Positions 25,225-38,757 are shown, numbered from the stretch's first letter. The stretch is DNA of 64,000 bases from Amoeboaphelidium protococcarum X5 (GCA_023515725.1 JALDTO010000009.1:1-64000), one strand, 5' to 3'. The notes: generated by a model not told the origin, from the letters alone. A program made the numbers and translations.

Positions 25225-25353
25225 ACTAGATAAATAAATTGTGGTCGCTAAATCCTCTAAGGTAGCCCGAGTGAATGGTGAAAGAAAGAAAGAGGCAAAG
25301 ATCGCGATTTTCGGCCTGGCTCAACTGTAACAACCAATGCGAAGATAACTAAT

Positions 25354-26268
25354 ATGTTGTAGCACATAGATTTTGTTGATTTTATAAACTTTGCTAATTC
25401 TGGTCTTCAACAACTGAATATATTGGGCTCTCAGTACGCAATTCCTTGGTACATTGAAGATGTCCTTGTGGGCTATATGAAACCAGACTTTGTGAAATTG
25501 GTGATGAGCTAATGCAAAGACACGTTTACAATGTGCGATTAGAATAACCGACTGGTGTTAAATCCGCGTTATAGTACGTTCCATTAGCGGTCTGTAGCTT
25601 TGTAAGATGCGATGCTCAAACTGTATCACTCTTAGCTGATTAAAGTCAAGTTGCGATACGAACTTTATCCTGTATACGGTGAAGTAGGATCTGAAGAAGC
25701 TGTATGTGTCGTTGAGCGAGCATTCTCAAAATTGCTCGGTATCAGACAATATGGTAATCATCTCAACGGATACGTGATCGACGCGAATACTGGGGAGATT
25801 AAAATGTATGTCTGTAAACGATCACAAACAAAATCCTAATATCCGGGAATGCTTGATAATTTAGTTGGTGGCGGGCGTCCGTACTTGATGAGAGATTTCG
25901 ATAATATCGTTAAAGAAGCATGGGAAGAAGTTTCAATGCCACCTGAAGTTGCGCGTCAATGCGAATAAGTTGGTTCCGTAACTTTTGTGAAGGACCATTT
26001 AGAGAGCGGAATTATCCGTGAGACAGAGGTGATATTTGACATTGATCTATCCATTGTTAGTAAGAATGGTGATGACTTCAAACCAGTGCCAAATGACGGC
26101 GAAGTGTCCGAGATTTACTTGTGGTCTATAAAAGACGTGGTTAATCGTTTGTAAGAGTTCACACCTGAGGCTGGCTTGATAGTAATTGACTTTCTCATTC
26201 GCCATAAATTGATAGAATAGCATCCATAATATGCTTAGATTAATGAATTATTACACTAAAATATATGA
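25354..26268 (+). CDS. Nudix hydrolase, YJR142W/NUDT20-like
   Basis: LRYELYPV, VERAFSKLLGIRQYGNHLNGYV, KRSQTK..YPGMLDNLVGGG...KEAWEE Nudix box, PNDGEVSRF, IDFLIRH. Confidence 0.88.
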
Positions 26269-26344
26269 CGGTATATCCTGTCTTAATTCAGTTAATCTCA
26301 TTTCATTTTTGTGTTTCGATTAAACGCGCCGAGAATCTCCAACT

Positions 26345-28037
26345 ATGGACCATGATTAGAGTTTTGAAGAGTTTGATCAACTGCTGCAGTAGTCTCTGGA
26401 TGTAATTGACTCTGTGAGTGCGTCTCAATAGCCACAAAAGGAAAATATTTAAAGTAATAAGTAGTTTGCTAACATTTCTGTTCGATTCACTGAAGCTCTT
26501 AAAATTCACGACACTCACTCTGTCCAATCAAGTTCTAAAGAGTCTGATAAATAACAGCCTGAAGAAGCTCAATTATAATCAAATAAAGTGTCTGTTGATA
26601 GTCCAAGTAATCCTTCGCCTGAGAATGAAATAATCATGTAAAAAGATGGCGAAATTAGTATTCTGAGGGAGAGACTAAAGAGCACAGAAGGTGAATTGGA
26701 GAAGTTGAAGAGGCAGATGGATGGTGATCAGAGGAAGATTGAGCAAGAATCCAAGTAAAATTAGTCATTGTAAGAGACGGAGATTTAACAACTGAAAACT
26801 TAGATTGCCTTTCTTATGAATGAGAAACAGTTTCAAATGGCTCCTGTGTCTTCTACTGTATAACCTGATTAATAATAAGCCATACGTTAAAAGTCTAGTC
26901 GGGACGCGTCAGTGATGACAACCGCGTAGATTGTTTCAAGTGGCCGCCCAGCTAGAAAGTTTAAGATCAAACGTAACATAGGTCACCATGTGGACATATT
27001 ATTGGCTTTATTAGTAAAGTTTCCCAATAATTAATCATCTGAGGATCTGGTCTCGTAATTGATTAAGCCAAAACCAAAGATGTTTGCACTGATACCTCAA
27101 CTCTTGGAATTTTTGTAGCTGGCTTAAACGACTCAACGTTAAGATGTCTTTGATGCTACTAATCGCGTGATTATCGATAATTGTGATCAAATAATGGTTG
27201 AAGATGCTCGCAATTTTATTGATAAATGTGTCCAAGTGTTGGATTCCTCTTTAATGCCTGGAGTAGTTATTTCATTAATCGCTGTGGTTAGAAAGTATCC
27301 GGAGCTGTTCTCGTCTGAAGTCTTGAGTTTTATGTTGAATGCCTCTGAATACTTTGCAGACGTGCTTTAGTTATTGACAATCATTTGCACTGATGATGCA
27401 CGGATTAAAATGTACTTTAGCGTACCTGATAGACTCAAGTTGATTTAAAAAGGAATGTATGATGCTTCGAGTCCCTCTTCTATCCGCAATGACACTTTCT
27501 GTTCTTCTAGAGAGTAGAATGTTCAAAGACTTATCAATATCTATCGGTAGATGTTGAGCACTCTTCACAAGGATGAATAGTTGCTTCAAAGTTTTTGTCA
27601 GGAGGTAAGAAAATCGTATGTTTTAATCCAATGTCGAATGTGGGTATCTGCGTGTAGTGTCTTCAAGTGTTATTACCCTATGTCAAAATTGCCTTTGAAA
27701 ACTACTTTAATACCAATGAAAAGCCTGGTATTGCTTTAGAGTAATCTCTCCATCTACTTGGTGATGTATATCGGCTCAATCCAGCGCTATTCATTACGTG
27801 TATGAAGAATACCGAGACTTTCTTACCTCCTCACCGACTGGCTGTGAGTGCAACTGATTTGCTGTATGTCGTCCTTAAAGATGCAATGCACGAGATTCAG
27901 TAAAATGTGCAATCTAACATACTGCAAAACTCTCTAGGTATGACTTTTATCTGAATTTCTATATGTGTGTCGTGATTACTGAAGAATGTGTAGCTTCCAT
28001 CAAACTTTTAATCCAGGCAATTAAACAGAAGACTTGA
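26345..28037 (+). CDS. ATRIP/Rad26-like coiled-coil + helical-repeat protein
   Basis: Acidic N-terminus MDHDQSFEEFDQ; KDGEISILRERL...EIQQLKTQIAFLMNE resembles the ATRIP/Rad26 coiled coil; terminal intron ~27938-27993. Confidence 0.55.
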
Positions 28038-28298
28038 AACAGTGCATTTGATTCAATGTACTTTCCACTTAAAATCTCGCGCATAATTGCAATGGCACAC
28101 AACTCTAAAATGAAGGCATTGTAATTAAGATTGTACCATTACTCTATTTATCATTAGGCTGTTTGCTGTATATTCATCCTGTGCTCGTATCCAGTGATCT
28201 CGGTAGTTGAAAGCCAGAGGGGCTATAAAATTGACTGACGCGTAACTTCTCTCTCTTTCTCTTCCGTTTAACGAAACTTCGCTTTTATTGTAAATCGA

Positions 28299-28660
28299 AT
28301 GGATATCACATGGGAAAAGGCGGTAAGAATGCATTGTAATACTTGAATTATATCATTATTAATAAGCTGGGTATGATGTAGGATTTTCCAATTGCTTGCG
28401 AACGATGTCTCGGTGAGAATTCGCATATGAGAATGAATAAGGTGGAGTATGGAGCGTAGTGCAAGATGTGCAACACCCCGTTCACCGTATTCAAGTGGAG
28501 CCCTGGTAGAAATATGCGATATAAAGTGACAGCTATCTGTTAGAAATGTGCTAGAGCGCGTAATGTATGTCAAACATGTCTTAATGATTTGGATTTGGGT
28601 ATAGATTCTCACACTAGAGATGTTGCGATGGGAAGTAGAAGTGTTAGTAATAGAAGATGA
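28299..28660 (+). CDS. SLT11: Slt11/Ecm2/RBM22 N-terminal zinc-binding domain only (~100 aa)
   Basis: WEKA|DFPIACERCLGENSHMRM...QCKMCNTPFTVFKWSPG...ICQKCARARNVCQTCLNDLDLG..RD then TGA; intron 28323-28381. Confidence 0.85.
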
Positions 28661-28732
28661 ATATCCCAATTAATGTATGGATAGAGATTAGTTTTTTTGA
28701 ATTTAAATAAATGATTAATATTTTTTTGATCA

Positions 28733-29560
28733 TCAGAGTTCATGTAACTTGCAGAGTCCAAGAGTCCTGGTCAAATCTTCAATTTCAACGTCATGAGTGT
28801 CTTCAACCTCACCCCACATCTTGGTCTGATAGATAGTCTCTAGTCGTGCGGCCTGCACTGCCTTCTCTACACTTAAATCAAGGTCGCTTAAAGCCATAGC
28901 AATAAGCCAGGACTTGGAATTCATAACAGCCTTTTCAAATGATGCCAACTTTAACGCGTCATACTAATCAACCATAGTCAATAAGCGCTGAATTGCATGG
29001 CGATCTTGTGTGATTAAAGACAGGCCATTGGTAGTTTTCAGATTGATCTTCAACTACTCTTGCACAGTATTAATAATAGGCAGCCATAATTACTCTTACA
29101 GCTCTACAATCTAACTTGTAGTGTTCTGCTAATAAAGAATCGAATCTGTGTCAATATATCTCTACAAAAACTTCAAAGTCTAACTTCTGACATTCCAGTC
29201 AGTCTGAAATTCAATGGCGCGCGTCAACAGAGAAGTCGCCATTAAACTGGAAGATTTCAAATGATCTTCATCTTGTGCATCCCATTCATGTGCCACAATC
29301 TCAGCCAGAACGCGTGATGGAGCCACAATTATTTGACTATCAGACGTTCTCAAAGGACGCGAATCTAACCGTATCACGTAGTTATTCGTTGCCTAAGGAC
29401 GCAGAACGACCGCCTTCTAACGTTGATCACGTCCCAGTGATGATAACTCATCCACTTCCGCCTTTTTCCAAAATTTCTTTAAAGTCTTTGGCAGCGTAGA
29501 GGATTAGAATCTCTTCGATAGAATACAGGCAGCGTTTTTTCTGGATACAATTTTCTACAT
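28733..29560 (-). CDS. ATP12: Mitochondrial F1-ATPase assembly factor Atp12/ATPAF2
   Basis: KKFWKKA, IRLDSRPLRT, AHEWDAQ, YIDTDSILY, SKSWLIA, AARLETIYQTKMWGEVEDTHDV. Confidence 0.93.
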
Positions 29561-29666
29561 ATTAAAGAGTGCAACTTTTTAAGTTTAAATTTAGATTGTG
29601 ATTTTATCAAAAGCGAGAGATCTCTCGGCGATTGTTTACTCAACAGGAAAATTCGTAAGAGAGAAG

Positions 29667-30113
29667 ATGAGTTTATCAAATGCGTATAGACGTGTCTTGA
29701 AGGCCTCATTAATGGCGTTCAAAGGTGATAGCTAGGCCAAACAGAGTATGATATCGTAGTTTATCATGCATATCATTATGCTGCGTCAAGTGTAGAATTC
29801 AGATAAGAATTTAGAGCAGAGTGCTAAAAGTATAAGACCGCCGAAAAAGTAATCCAATCTATAAAGCTATTCATCATACATAATTGTTACTTGTAGAAGC
29901 TCGCGTTCGCGGAAGGTGTCACTTCTTTATTAGAGCATAATGTTGCGAAAGCTACTTTAAATTATTAGACTAATAGATTAGGTAAAGCTGTACTTACAAC
30001 ATGTATTGCTTAACGCTTATATCGTTAATGTATTCTAGTTTATTGTAGAGTTGAGAATTGATTCTAGCAGACATTAGCTTGGAGATAATAATGATAGATT
30101 CTGTAAGAAATGA
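29667..30113 (+). CDS. MZM1: LYR-family complex III assembly factor Mzm1/LYRM7
   Basis: SNAYRRVLKASLMAFKGD...FAEGVTSLLEHNVAKA...LELRI...LGDN; three GT..TGTAG introns. Confidence 0.75.
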
Positions 30114-30265
30114 AAGTTATAGATTTTGCTGTCTTGCACTGTGTCTATCATACTTTACGATATAAGAAGTCATTTAAACACGTTAGTTCCGTGAAAAGAG
30201 ACAGGCACAAAGTTGAATAATTATAAAATAAGCGCGATAACTCTGTAATATAACCTGCACACATT

Positions 30266-31243
30266 TCACTCTTACTTTTGAGATGGGGCCTCTAGATCCG
30301 GAACTATAATACTCTGATTACTTAGTGCAAATATTCCAGTCTTCTTCACTGGCTGCTTCTTACGAGCGTTTACGGTAGGACGCGCTTTGATGATCATTGG
30401 GTTCAAGTGCTTCTTCACAGTAAACACACCCTTAGTAATTTTGCCCCATGGTGACGTGGAAGGCATACCACGACCTCTACCGCGACCTCCCATCGGATGA
30501 TCGACCGGATTCTGTGCAACACCTCTAACACTTGGCCTTTTACCGCGTCGTCTATTCGCACCTGCAGTTCCCAGGATTTCGAGCTTATGGAATGGATTAG
30601 ACACTGTGCCAATAGTAGCTTTCGCTCCGACAGGGATAAACCGAATTTCACCTGAACACATTTTAATCTATGCCAAACCTTTCTAACCTGTTCTTAGCAA
30701 TTGAGCATAAGTACCAGCAGAGCGCGCAATCTTACCCGCTTCACCATTCTTGAGTCCGATATTGTGAATTAGAGTACCTGGAGGAATAGCTGACAGTGGC
30801 AGACAATTACCAATATCAGGTGCAACGCTTTCTCCATTATGCAACACTTGACCTGGAATGACACCCTTTGGCGCGACAATGTAACTCAACATATTACTCT
30901 CCAGGTGCTTTAGCAATGCGATGCGCGCAGATCTATTAGGATCGACTTCGACGCGCATCACCTCATGCGCGCCTTCACTAGATCTATCCCAATCCATCAG
31001 ACGATATGAATGCTTCTCTCCACCACCTCTATGACGCGACGTTATCCGTCCAGTATCTCTACATCGACCACCAGTCTTGTGCAATTTAGTCAACAGCGAT
31101 GGGATAGGCGCTCCCTGATATAAATCATCTGTCCTAACTAAACGTTTATGTCTCAATCCAGGCGTTCTAGGCTTCCATACTTTAAAGAATTATAGCAAGG
31201 TTGCTGGTAATTATTAACTATGGCGCACTAACGTCGGCTACAT
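30266..31243 (-). CDS. RML2: Mitochondrial ribosomal protein uL2m
   Basis: KPRTPGLRH, GRITSRHRGGG, EVDPNRSARIAL, ARSAGT, RPSVRGVAQNPVDHPMGG, SPWG. Confidence 0.95.
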
Positions 31244-31619
31244 ATCTTAAAATTGAATTCGGCGCGCTTTTGGAGTGATGATGATGTTGAAAATGATGAG
31301 AGCAATCGGTTTCACGATAAAGCGATTGCCAAAATGGGTCGTGTATTGAATTGAATGAATCAAAGACTACAGCTCATTCGGTCAAAATAACAAAACAGCG
31401 TATTAAACAATGATATAAAATGTGACATAGAAACAGTGGAATTGAGTTGAGATATCTGAAGATGCAATGTATCACGCACAGACAGGCAACGTCATGGGCT
31501 TAACTTCTTAAACGGAAAAATCACGACATGATTTGCGCGCAGTTCGTTGCGACAAGTTTTCCTTTCTCGCACGAAAAAAAAATTACGCGAGAAAACCCCA
31601 CACGCGCACACAACTCACG

Positions 31620-32801
31620 ATGGACAACGACAATGCCAAAGGGAACGACCAGAAGCTGGCTGAGTAATAGGAATAGGCTGCTGCAGCGATAACAAGTGCC
31701 AATGTGTTGCCGGAATAACTTATGCAGAATATGGCGCAATAATTCTTGGCTGGTAGTGTGCCGTTCCCCACTGTATCCCCTCAGGCTGTAATGTCCCCAC
31801 AGAGTGCGAGTGGAGTTAATATGCATACCGCTAATGTGATTGATCCAAATGTTGTCATTCCTGGTCTGAATGGTGTTCCATCTGTGCCTGGAGCTCCTCA
31901 AATTCCCTTCGCTCCCAATTATCCATATGATATGAATATGCTAATGTATCAAATGCTTCAGCAAGGCTATAATCCTGGCGCGCTCCTCATGAATATGAAT
32001 TTAGCTCAGCCATAGTAGCAGCAGCCGCCATTATAACAGCCTGCGCGCGGATCAAGTAAGAGAAAAGCTTCGAGCAGCGGTGCAGCATCTAAAAAAGCAA
32101 AACGCGTCGTCTACACAGGCAACGAGCCAGAGCTTAATCCACCTCTTCAGTCTGAGATGCCAGTCTGGGTGGTGAACAAGAAATTTGATCACTGGCCGGC
32201 TTGGTTGGTGGATATCAATCAGTTTGATTAGTTGAAAGAGTATGAGAGACGTGATGCCTATTCACTCGTACACTTCTTCGGTACCAATGAATACTGCTAC
32301 GTGCCAACAGAGTGTATTAGTCCTTTGCTGACTCTGCACCCTAATTGGCGAGAGCGTAGCAAAAAGAGTCGGGCAAAGATTTTCATGAAGGCTGTTCAAG
32401 ATGTACTTGGTTTTATTGGTGAAAGTAGTCAAGGGAATGAAGTTGCACCGCTAGAGATAGAATCGCAAATACCAAAGACTAAAATTGTTCCAGATGGATG
32501 GGGAGAAGGACCAGATGCTGGCGATATCAAAGTGTATAATGCTGATGGTGAGATGATCCATGGAGAACCTTTTAAACCACCTGCCGAACTTTACAAAATT
32601 AAGAGCAAGTCTGTTAGCGCCACCAATGTCAGTGAAGTTGATGATAAAGACCTCGGTCCACAGTCGACGGACATCATCATTGAACACCATAACTTCAAGC
32701 CATTAAAGAAGGTGGCGAATGATGGATCTATATAGAGTTTGAAGAAGCGAGAGAAGAAGGTGAAAGTGCTACGTCATCTTGGTCTTATCAAGCTTGGGTG
32801 A
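31620..32801 (+). CDS. PWWP-domain protein with Q/P/M-rich N-terminus
   Basis: VWVVNKKFDHWPAWLVD...LVHFFGTNEYCYV; basic NLS-like KRKAS..KKAKR; 393-aa frame with TAR=Gln. Confidence 0.75.
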
Positions 32802-32940
32802 TTGATTGTTTGTCTTATTTTACTTATCAAGGACTGTGTTGTTTTCTATTGCTTATGTACCTTATATACAATGTGTACTGCTAAAAATTATTTGCAATAA
32901 AATGAATATTTAACTAATCAACGTCTATCTATTACTAATT

Positions 32941-33633
32941 TCAATTATCAGACTAAATGACTCCAACCTGTGCAGCACGTAGGACAATGCCATGTAATTT
33001 GTATCCCTTCATGGTCACAGTGAACACTGATCCTGGCTCCTTGTGCTATTCGTTCGGCGGTACCTAGAACATTGCCTGATGAACATTAGGATCGAATTTA
33101 TCACCAACCACAGGTGAATATTACTCCAATCCATTTCTCTTGAACACATGGAACATCTCGTGCAGCGTCATCTTCAAGCCTTCATGAAGACTGAGAAGAT
33201 GCTTCTTGGTATCCTCCGTACACTTTCCATCTTTATCCAGCTACTAATCAGGAACAGATTTTAGAGCCAATTCAAGAATATCCGGGATGGATAAAAGATC
33301 CTTGGCAAATGACTTTATAGCCAACTAATGAGCATGCTCCTTCTCACGACGCGTTCTCTCACGCAGATTCTCAGCATCGGCCAGTGCTCTCAGAAAATTG
33401 TCTCTATTTTCTTTCACAGCCTTTTCGAGCTCTGTGATTTTACCGTTTAATTACGTGACTTAATCATCATTCTACGCAGGAGCAGTAGTATCGGCGGCTT
33501 GATTGGCATTCCCTGCGGCACTGGATTACTAATCGCTACCACTGCTAGTAGTGGCAGACATGAATCTGCTCATCTATAATCTGTAGCTTCCAGATTTCGC
33601 AATCTATTTAGATAATTATACAGTACGTAGCAT
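32941..33633 (-). CDS. MGE1: Mitochondrial GrpE nucleotide exchange factor
   Basis: LRALADAENLRERTRRE, FAKDLL, FDPNVHQAMF, KGYKLHGIVLRAAQVGV; presequence-like N-terminus. Absent from the ORF track. Confidence 0.95.
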
Positions 33634-33809
33634 TTTAATTAGAAAATTCGCTTCCCTGATTAAAAAGACAGCAATACTTTAAGAGAAATGACGATTGAAA
33701 TTTCAAAAACTTTCGCCAATCAAAGATCAACCCTTGGCCCAACCACCGATTCAAATTGGCAAAACTAATATCACTCACTGGCTTAATACAAAGACAGAGA
33801 GAGAGAGAG

Positions 33810-35138
33810 ATGCTTAAAATTGCAAAACGCGCTTAAAATGCTTTCGCTACGGCTAAGAGTAATAATCAAGAGTCCTTGAATGGCCCTCTAATGCTATAGA
33901 TATGCGGTAAACAGTACGCCCGTGATAATTGGACTAACGTTCCAAGTTCTATAATGATCAAAGCTTAGCGTCCTATTAAATTGCACAACTCTTTGGATCA
34001 TCCTCTCTAAATTGTTAAAAGGAGAATTCAGAATGCTCTTATAAGTTCAGATACCGGGAGTAAATACGCGATTCGAGACGAATTGGATCCTGTAGTAAGT
34101 GCCGTATAAAACTTTGATCAACTACTAGTTCCCACAGATCATGTATCGCGATCCAAGTCTGATACCTATTACGTAAATAAAGATTATCTACTGAGAACTC
34201 ATACCTCAGCTCATTAGTCTGAGCTAATATCTGAGTGCATCATGTCAGGATCTTATGATGGGTTCTTGGCGGCTGCAGATGTGTATAGACGAGATGAGAT
34301 TGATTCCGTACACTATCCCGTATTCCACCAGATGGAAGGAGTGAGACTGTTTAAATCGGTGCACGATGTTATTTAAGCTTTGGAATGTATATAAAACGGG
34401 GATATAGAGACTCCATCGTGTAATGAACTAGAAAATCCTAGATAATCAGTACATGATCCAAAATTTTAACACATGGTGTCAGTGCATTTGAAAGCCACGA
34501 TGGAGAGTGTGATGAAATCCATATTTTCGAATCGTAGTCTTTAATTCCGATGGATTGATACTTACTTCCCGTTCACCTCTCCAAGTTATGAGTTAGAGAT
34601 CCTTTGGCACGGGAAATGGATCGAAGTCTTAGGCTGTGGAGTAGTTAGGGATGAGATTATAAAGAATGTCGCGTCACCACACTAATCTTAGATAAACGCT
34701 TACATTAACGGTATCGGCTGGGCATTTGGAATTGGTCTTGAGCGTATTGCAATGATCCTGTTCAACATTCCTGACATCAGATTGTTCTGGACTGACGATC
34801 AGAGATTCCACTCATAGTTCATAGGTATTGGCGATCGGAATATTCAATTTAATCCATACTCTAAGTATCCGCCAGTGTATAAAGACGTTTCGTTCTGGAC
34901 TAACGCGCAGTTTCACGAGAACGATTTCGCCGAGTTGATTCGCGAATATGCTGGCGATCTGGTGGAAAATGTGACTCTAATTGACAGCTTCACTCATCCC
35001 AAGAGTGGACGTGAGAGTCGATGTTACCGTGTGCTCTATCGATCCATGGAGAGAAATCTGCTGAACACTGAGATTGATTAAATACAAGACCAGGTGGTTA
35101 AGAATCTGAAAGATGTATTGAATCTCGAAATTCGGTGA
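33810..35138 (+). CDS. MSF1: Mitochondrial phenylalanyl-tRNA synthetase (FARS2/Msf1)
   Basis: LRTHTSAHQ (Q=TAG 34215), [47 protein letters not shown]-terminal anticodon-binding domain. Confidence 0.96.
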
Positions 35139-35511
35139 TTTCCATTAAAGTGAATGGTTTGAACTCTCTCGCTGGTTTACTTTTTTACTTCTATTCTTCT
35201 AAATTATCTCCTCAATGACTTCGTAATACATCTCGAGTATAAAATATTGTTTAAAATATTTTGGTAATGAATTACATAAATATCTGCTGACCCCAAATAG
35301 TGATCAATCTAGATTTCGCTCAAATTGAGTGCGATCATCGTGAGTTTTGCTCAATTTGAGTTTCGATCTTGCCGCGGCTCAGATCCGTTTCGTTTCGGCT
35401 CTCAGATTCTTCCTTCCTTCTTTCTCCTCTCAGTCTCAGTCTCTCTCTCTCTCCAACCTGTGCAAAGTGATCACTCAGACATTGTATAAATTGGGATTTA
35501 TATTTAGTAAA

Positions 35512-37296
35512 ATGATGCCTTAAATGCACATGTAGTATGCTCCGTAGTAGTATTAGGGGTAGCCTGTTGCTTAGCACGGTCAGGTTCCTCAGTAGCATCC
35601 TGGATAAGCTGCCGTTTCGCATCCTTACATGTATCCTCCTCATGCGGCGCAGCAAAGTTAGCAAGTACAACCGCACATGTAACATCAGTAATAGTAGTAG
35701 TAATAATAATAGTAGTAGTTGTAAGCTTAATAGTAGTTTGCTGGCTCTCATATGCATCATTATTAGTAAAACTAGGCTATCCATCAGCATTAGTAGCCGT
35801 AGTAGTAATAGTAATTGACTCATCATCATTAGTAGCAAAAGTAGCAAGAACAGTAAATTGTTCATTAGGCTATGCACTAGAAATTAGTGCAGATGAATGA
35901 GAGCTCTTGGATTTTGCTTGGAAACCTGGCGGAGACTCTTGGTGAGGCCGACAGAGCGTTGGTTTGCTTTGAGAATGCTCTGCGTCACAATCCTTACTCT
36001 ATTCATGCTCTTTCTCAGGTGGCATATCTGTAGTAGTATAAAGAGCGCTATCACTAGGCGATTGAGTATTTTCAGAGGGTGCTGAATGTGGAGCAGAATA
36101 ACGGCGAAGTATGGGCATCTCTTGGTCAATGTTACCTGGCTGTGGAAGATCTGGGCAAAGCTTACAATTCGTTCCAGCAGGCGCTGTATTATCTGCAGAA
36201 TCCAAAGAGTGCCAAGCTGTGGTTCAATATTGGTCTGTTGTATGATCGTTATTACTCTTTTGATCACGCAGAGGAAGCCTTTACTTCTGTACTCAAGATT
36301 GACCCTCAATATGAAGCGTAAGGAGAAGTTTACTTCAAGTTGGGCTAAATTTATATGAATCAGCAAAAGTTTGAAAAGAGCCTTCAGTGCTTCAATCACC
36401 TATTATCGAACAAGACTTTGATTAAGCAGCCGTTGAAGGAAGTGGATGTAAAGTTGTAGATTGGACACATTCATGAAGTGTAGAAGAATTTGAGTAAAGC
36501 CAAGGAGATTTATCATTCGCTTTAAGCTGAACATCCTGATGATCCAAAGTTATTGCAATAGTTTGGCTGGCTTTCTGCTTAGAACAATACAGAGTTTTAT
36601 GACTTGGACAAGGCTGTGAGTTTATTACAAAAGTCTGCTGAACTGGATGCCACTGATGCTTTAACTCATTACCTGCTGGGAAGATGTTATATGTAGCAGT
36701 AAAAGTATAATAATGCGTACGATAGTTATCAATAGGCTGTGTATCGCGATAGTAGGAATGCAATTTTCTGGTGCTCTATCGGTGTTTTGTATTATCAAAT
36801 CTATTAGTACCGAGATGCTTTAGATGCATATACAAGGGCCATCCGCTTGAATCCTTATATAAGCGAGGTGTGGTATAACTTGGGTATATTGTATGAAAGC
36901 TGTAATAATCAGATCCGTGATGCTCTGGATGCGTACTAAAGAGCGGCTGATATGGATTAGAAAAATACTCTGATTCGGGACCGTCTCACCTATCTGAAGC
37001 AGTTGTAGAGTAGTGGCGGTGGCTCAGGACAGGTTTAGTAACCTGGTGAAAGTGCAATCAAACCACCGCCAGCTGTTGAAATCGATCCTCTTACGTATCG
37101 TCCGTAATAGCCGGCTGATGGTGACAAGCGCGCAGTTGGAAAGATGCGCGGCTTTGATGAGTAGAATTCTGGAAATAGTGGTAGTAGTGGAGGTTAGTCA
37201 TCCCATCCACATGTTGCTCCTGTGAATTTGAGTCAGTAGTAATAGAAGGAACAAATTTAACAAGGCTCAGTCAAATAAGATGAGAGGTAAAAATGA
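35512..37296 (+). CDS. CYC8: TPR corepressor Cyc8/Ssn6 with N-terminal polyQ
   Basis: NESSWILLG..AE, FENALRHNPYS, SYQQAVYRD..FWCSIGVLYYQI.QYRDALDAYTRAIRLNP..EVWYNLG.LYE.CNNQ. Confidence 0.93.
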
Positions 37297-37419
37297 AGTT
37301 CTAAATCTATGTGAATTGACTATTATGAATCTCTATAAATAGTTTGAATTGAATATAAATGTTTGGTTTAAGATGATAATACTAACAGACGATGTATATG
37401 TATTGATTGAAATTTACAC

Positions 37420-38589
37420 TCATTAATTAGACTAAACACCTTATCGCTGCTATTACTACTTTTAAGATTAAAGCCTCTACTCAATCTCACGTTGAGCCAG
37501 CGCACGTCTCCGATCAGCTTCACTCTGTGGTGGCTATTGATGTTTTAGCTTTGACGGAGATGGATTCTTCAGAGGCGACGTTTATTACTGAGGCTACTAA
37601 AGCTATTACTACTGCTATTACTACTAGTAGTAAGAATTGGTTTAATTCGCATTGACCGCATTAACAATTTATATGGGAGAGTTAAATGCACCACCAGACT
37701 ACTGAGAGTGAGGCAACTCTTGATCGACACGTCGAGGTATTAACACTGAAGATTTAGACGCTAATTTATAAAGAGCATCCACGATATACTTGGTATATTT
37801 ATGAGTAGATTGAGGAAGAAATGCAATGAAAGCGAAGTGATCCACACCGCCATTGATCAATGTATTAACTCTGACGGAACTTTAGAATCGCAGATAGTAC
37901 CACGAATTAATTACAGCTATCGTGCTCGATAAGGCAATATTCTAAAAATTACGCAATGGTAAAAGTATGGACCAAAAGAATACAGAGTCCACTAATAGCC
38001 AGTTGTCTTTAAAGTTCAAAGCTGACGTGATCAAGGCAAAAACACCAAGCGCAGAAGTATAATACAGCCATAGATCTGAATATTGAACAGTAAGCGCTAA
38101 TTGAGGAACTTTTACAACCTGATTCGGTTAGAGGTACTTCAAAGCAACCATGTACGCACTGAGAACAGTCCACTGACTATAAATCATGGTGTCATACCAG
38201 TACAGAACATTACCACCAGCAGCCGCAGTGATAATCAACTGACAAAGTAGCACCAGGTAGGCGATTATCGTTGAAGTCGCGACAGTGAAACTAATCAACT
38301 TTACAAACTCCACTGAACCTAATTATCTCTCTAATTGTTGTCCTATTGACAGAGTCACAACCATATTAAATATGAACATTAATAGAGAGGGTTCGATAAG
38401 ACTACTAGTAAATAATCGCCAAACTTATGCAGGATTCGCTGGTAGAAATGCCAAAAATCTGACCAGAGTTACTGCTCCAACTGCATACAGAATCAAATTG
38501 AGTAGATACAAAGTAACTTGCGCACCCGCCAAGTACTTTGTACACTGCGGCAACCTCTTTACATACTCTATAAACAATTTAAAATTCAT
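37420..38589 (-). CDS. TMEM115/DUF1751 rhomboid-like Golgi membrane protein
   Basis: VWRLFTSSLIE, LERQLGSVEFVK, VALKYLQP, SWYYLRF, FAFIAFLP, C-terminal ADRRRALAQREIEQRL. Confidence 0.8.
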
Positions 38590-38757
38590 TAAATTCAATC
38601 AAATTAGTGTCTTGTGTGACTAAAATTTTCCTAGTATTTAAACTTTCAGGAACTTAGTTTATGGACAAAGAATTTGCGCCAAAAGCATTTCTTTCAGTCA
38701 GAAAACCTCAACGCTTAAAGTTTCGCTGGTGAATGAACCGTGTAGCGTTGAAATTCA

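Noticed and set aside
24146-31243. ATG-TAA/ATG-TAG minimal uORFs at the PSP1, ATP12 and RML2 starts
   Set aside because: Under the reassigned code they are simply Met-Gln starts in frame with the CDS.
35335-35877. Poly-Leu ORFs in the track (also 5189-5425, 48862-49179)
   Set aside because: These are antisense shadows of TAG/TAA/CAG polyQ tracts (CTA/TTA/CTG = Leu).
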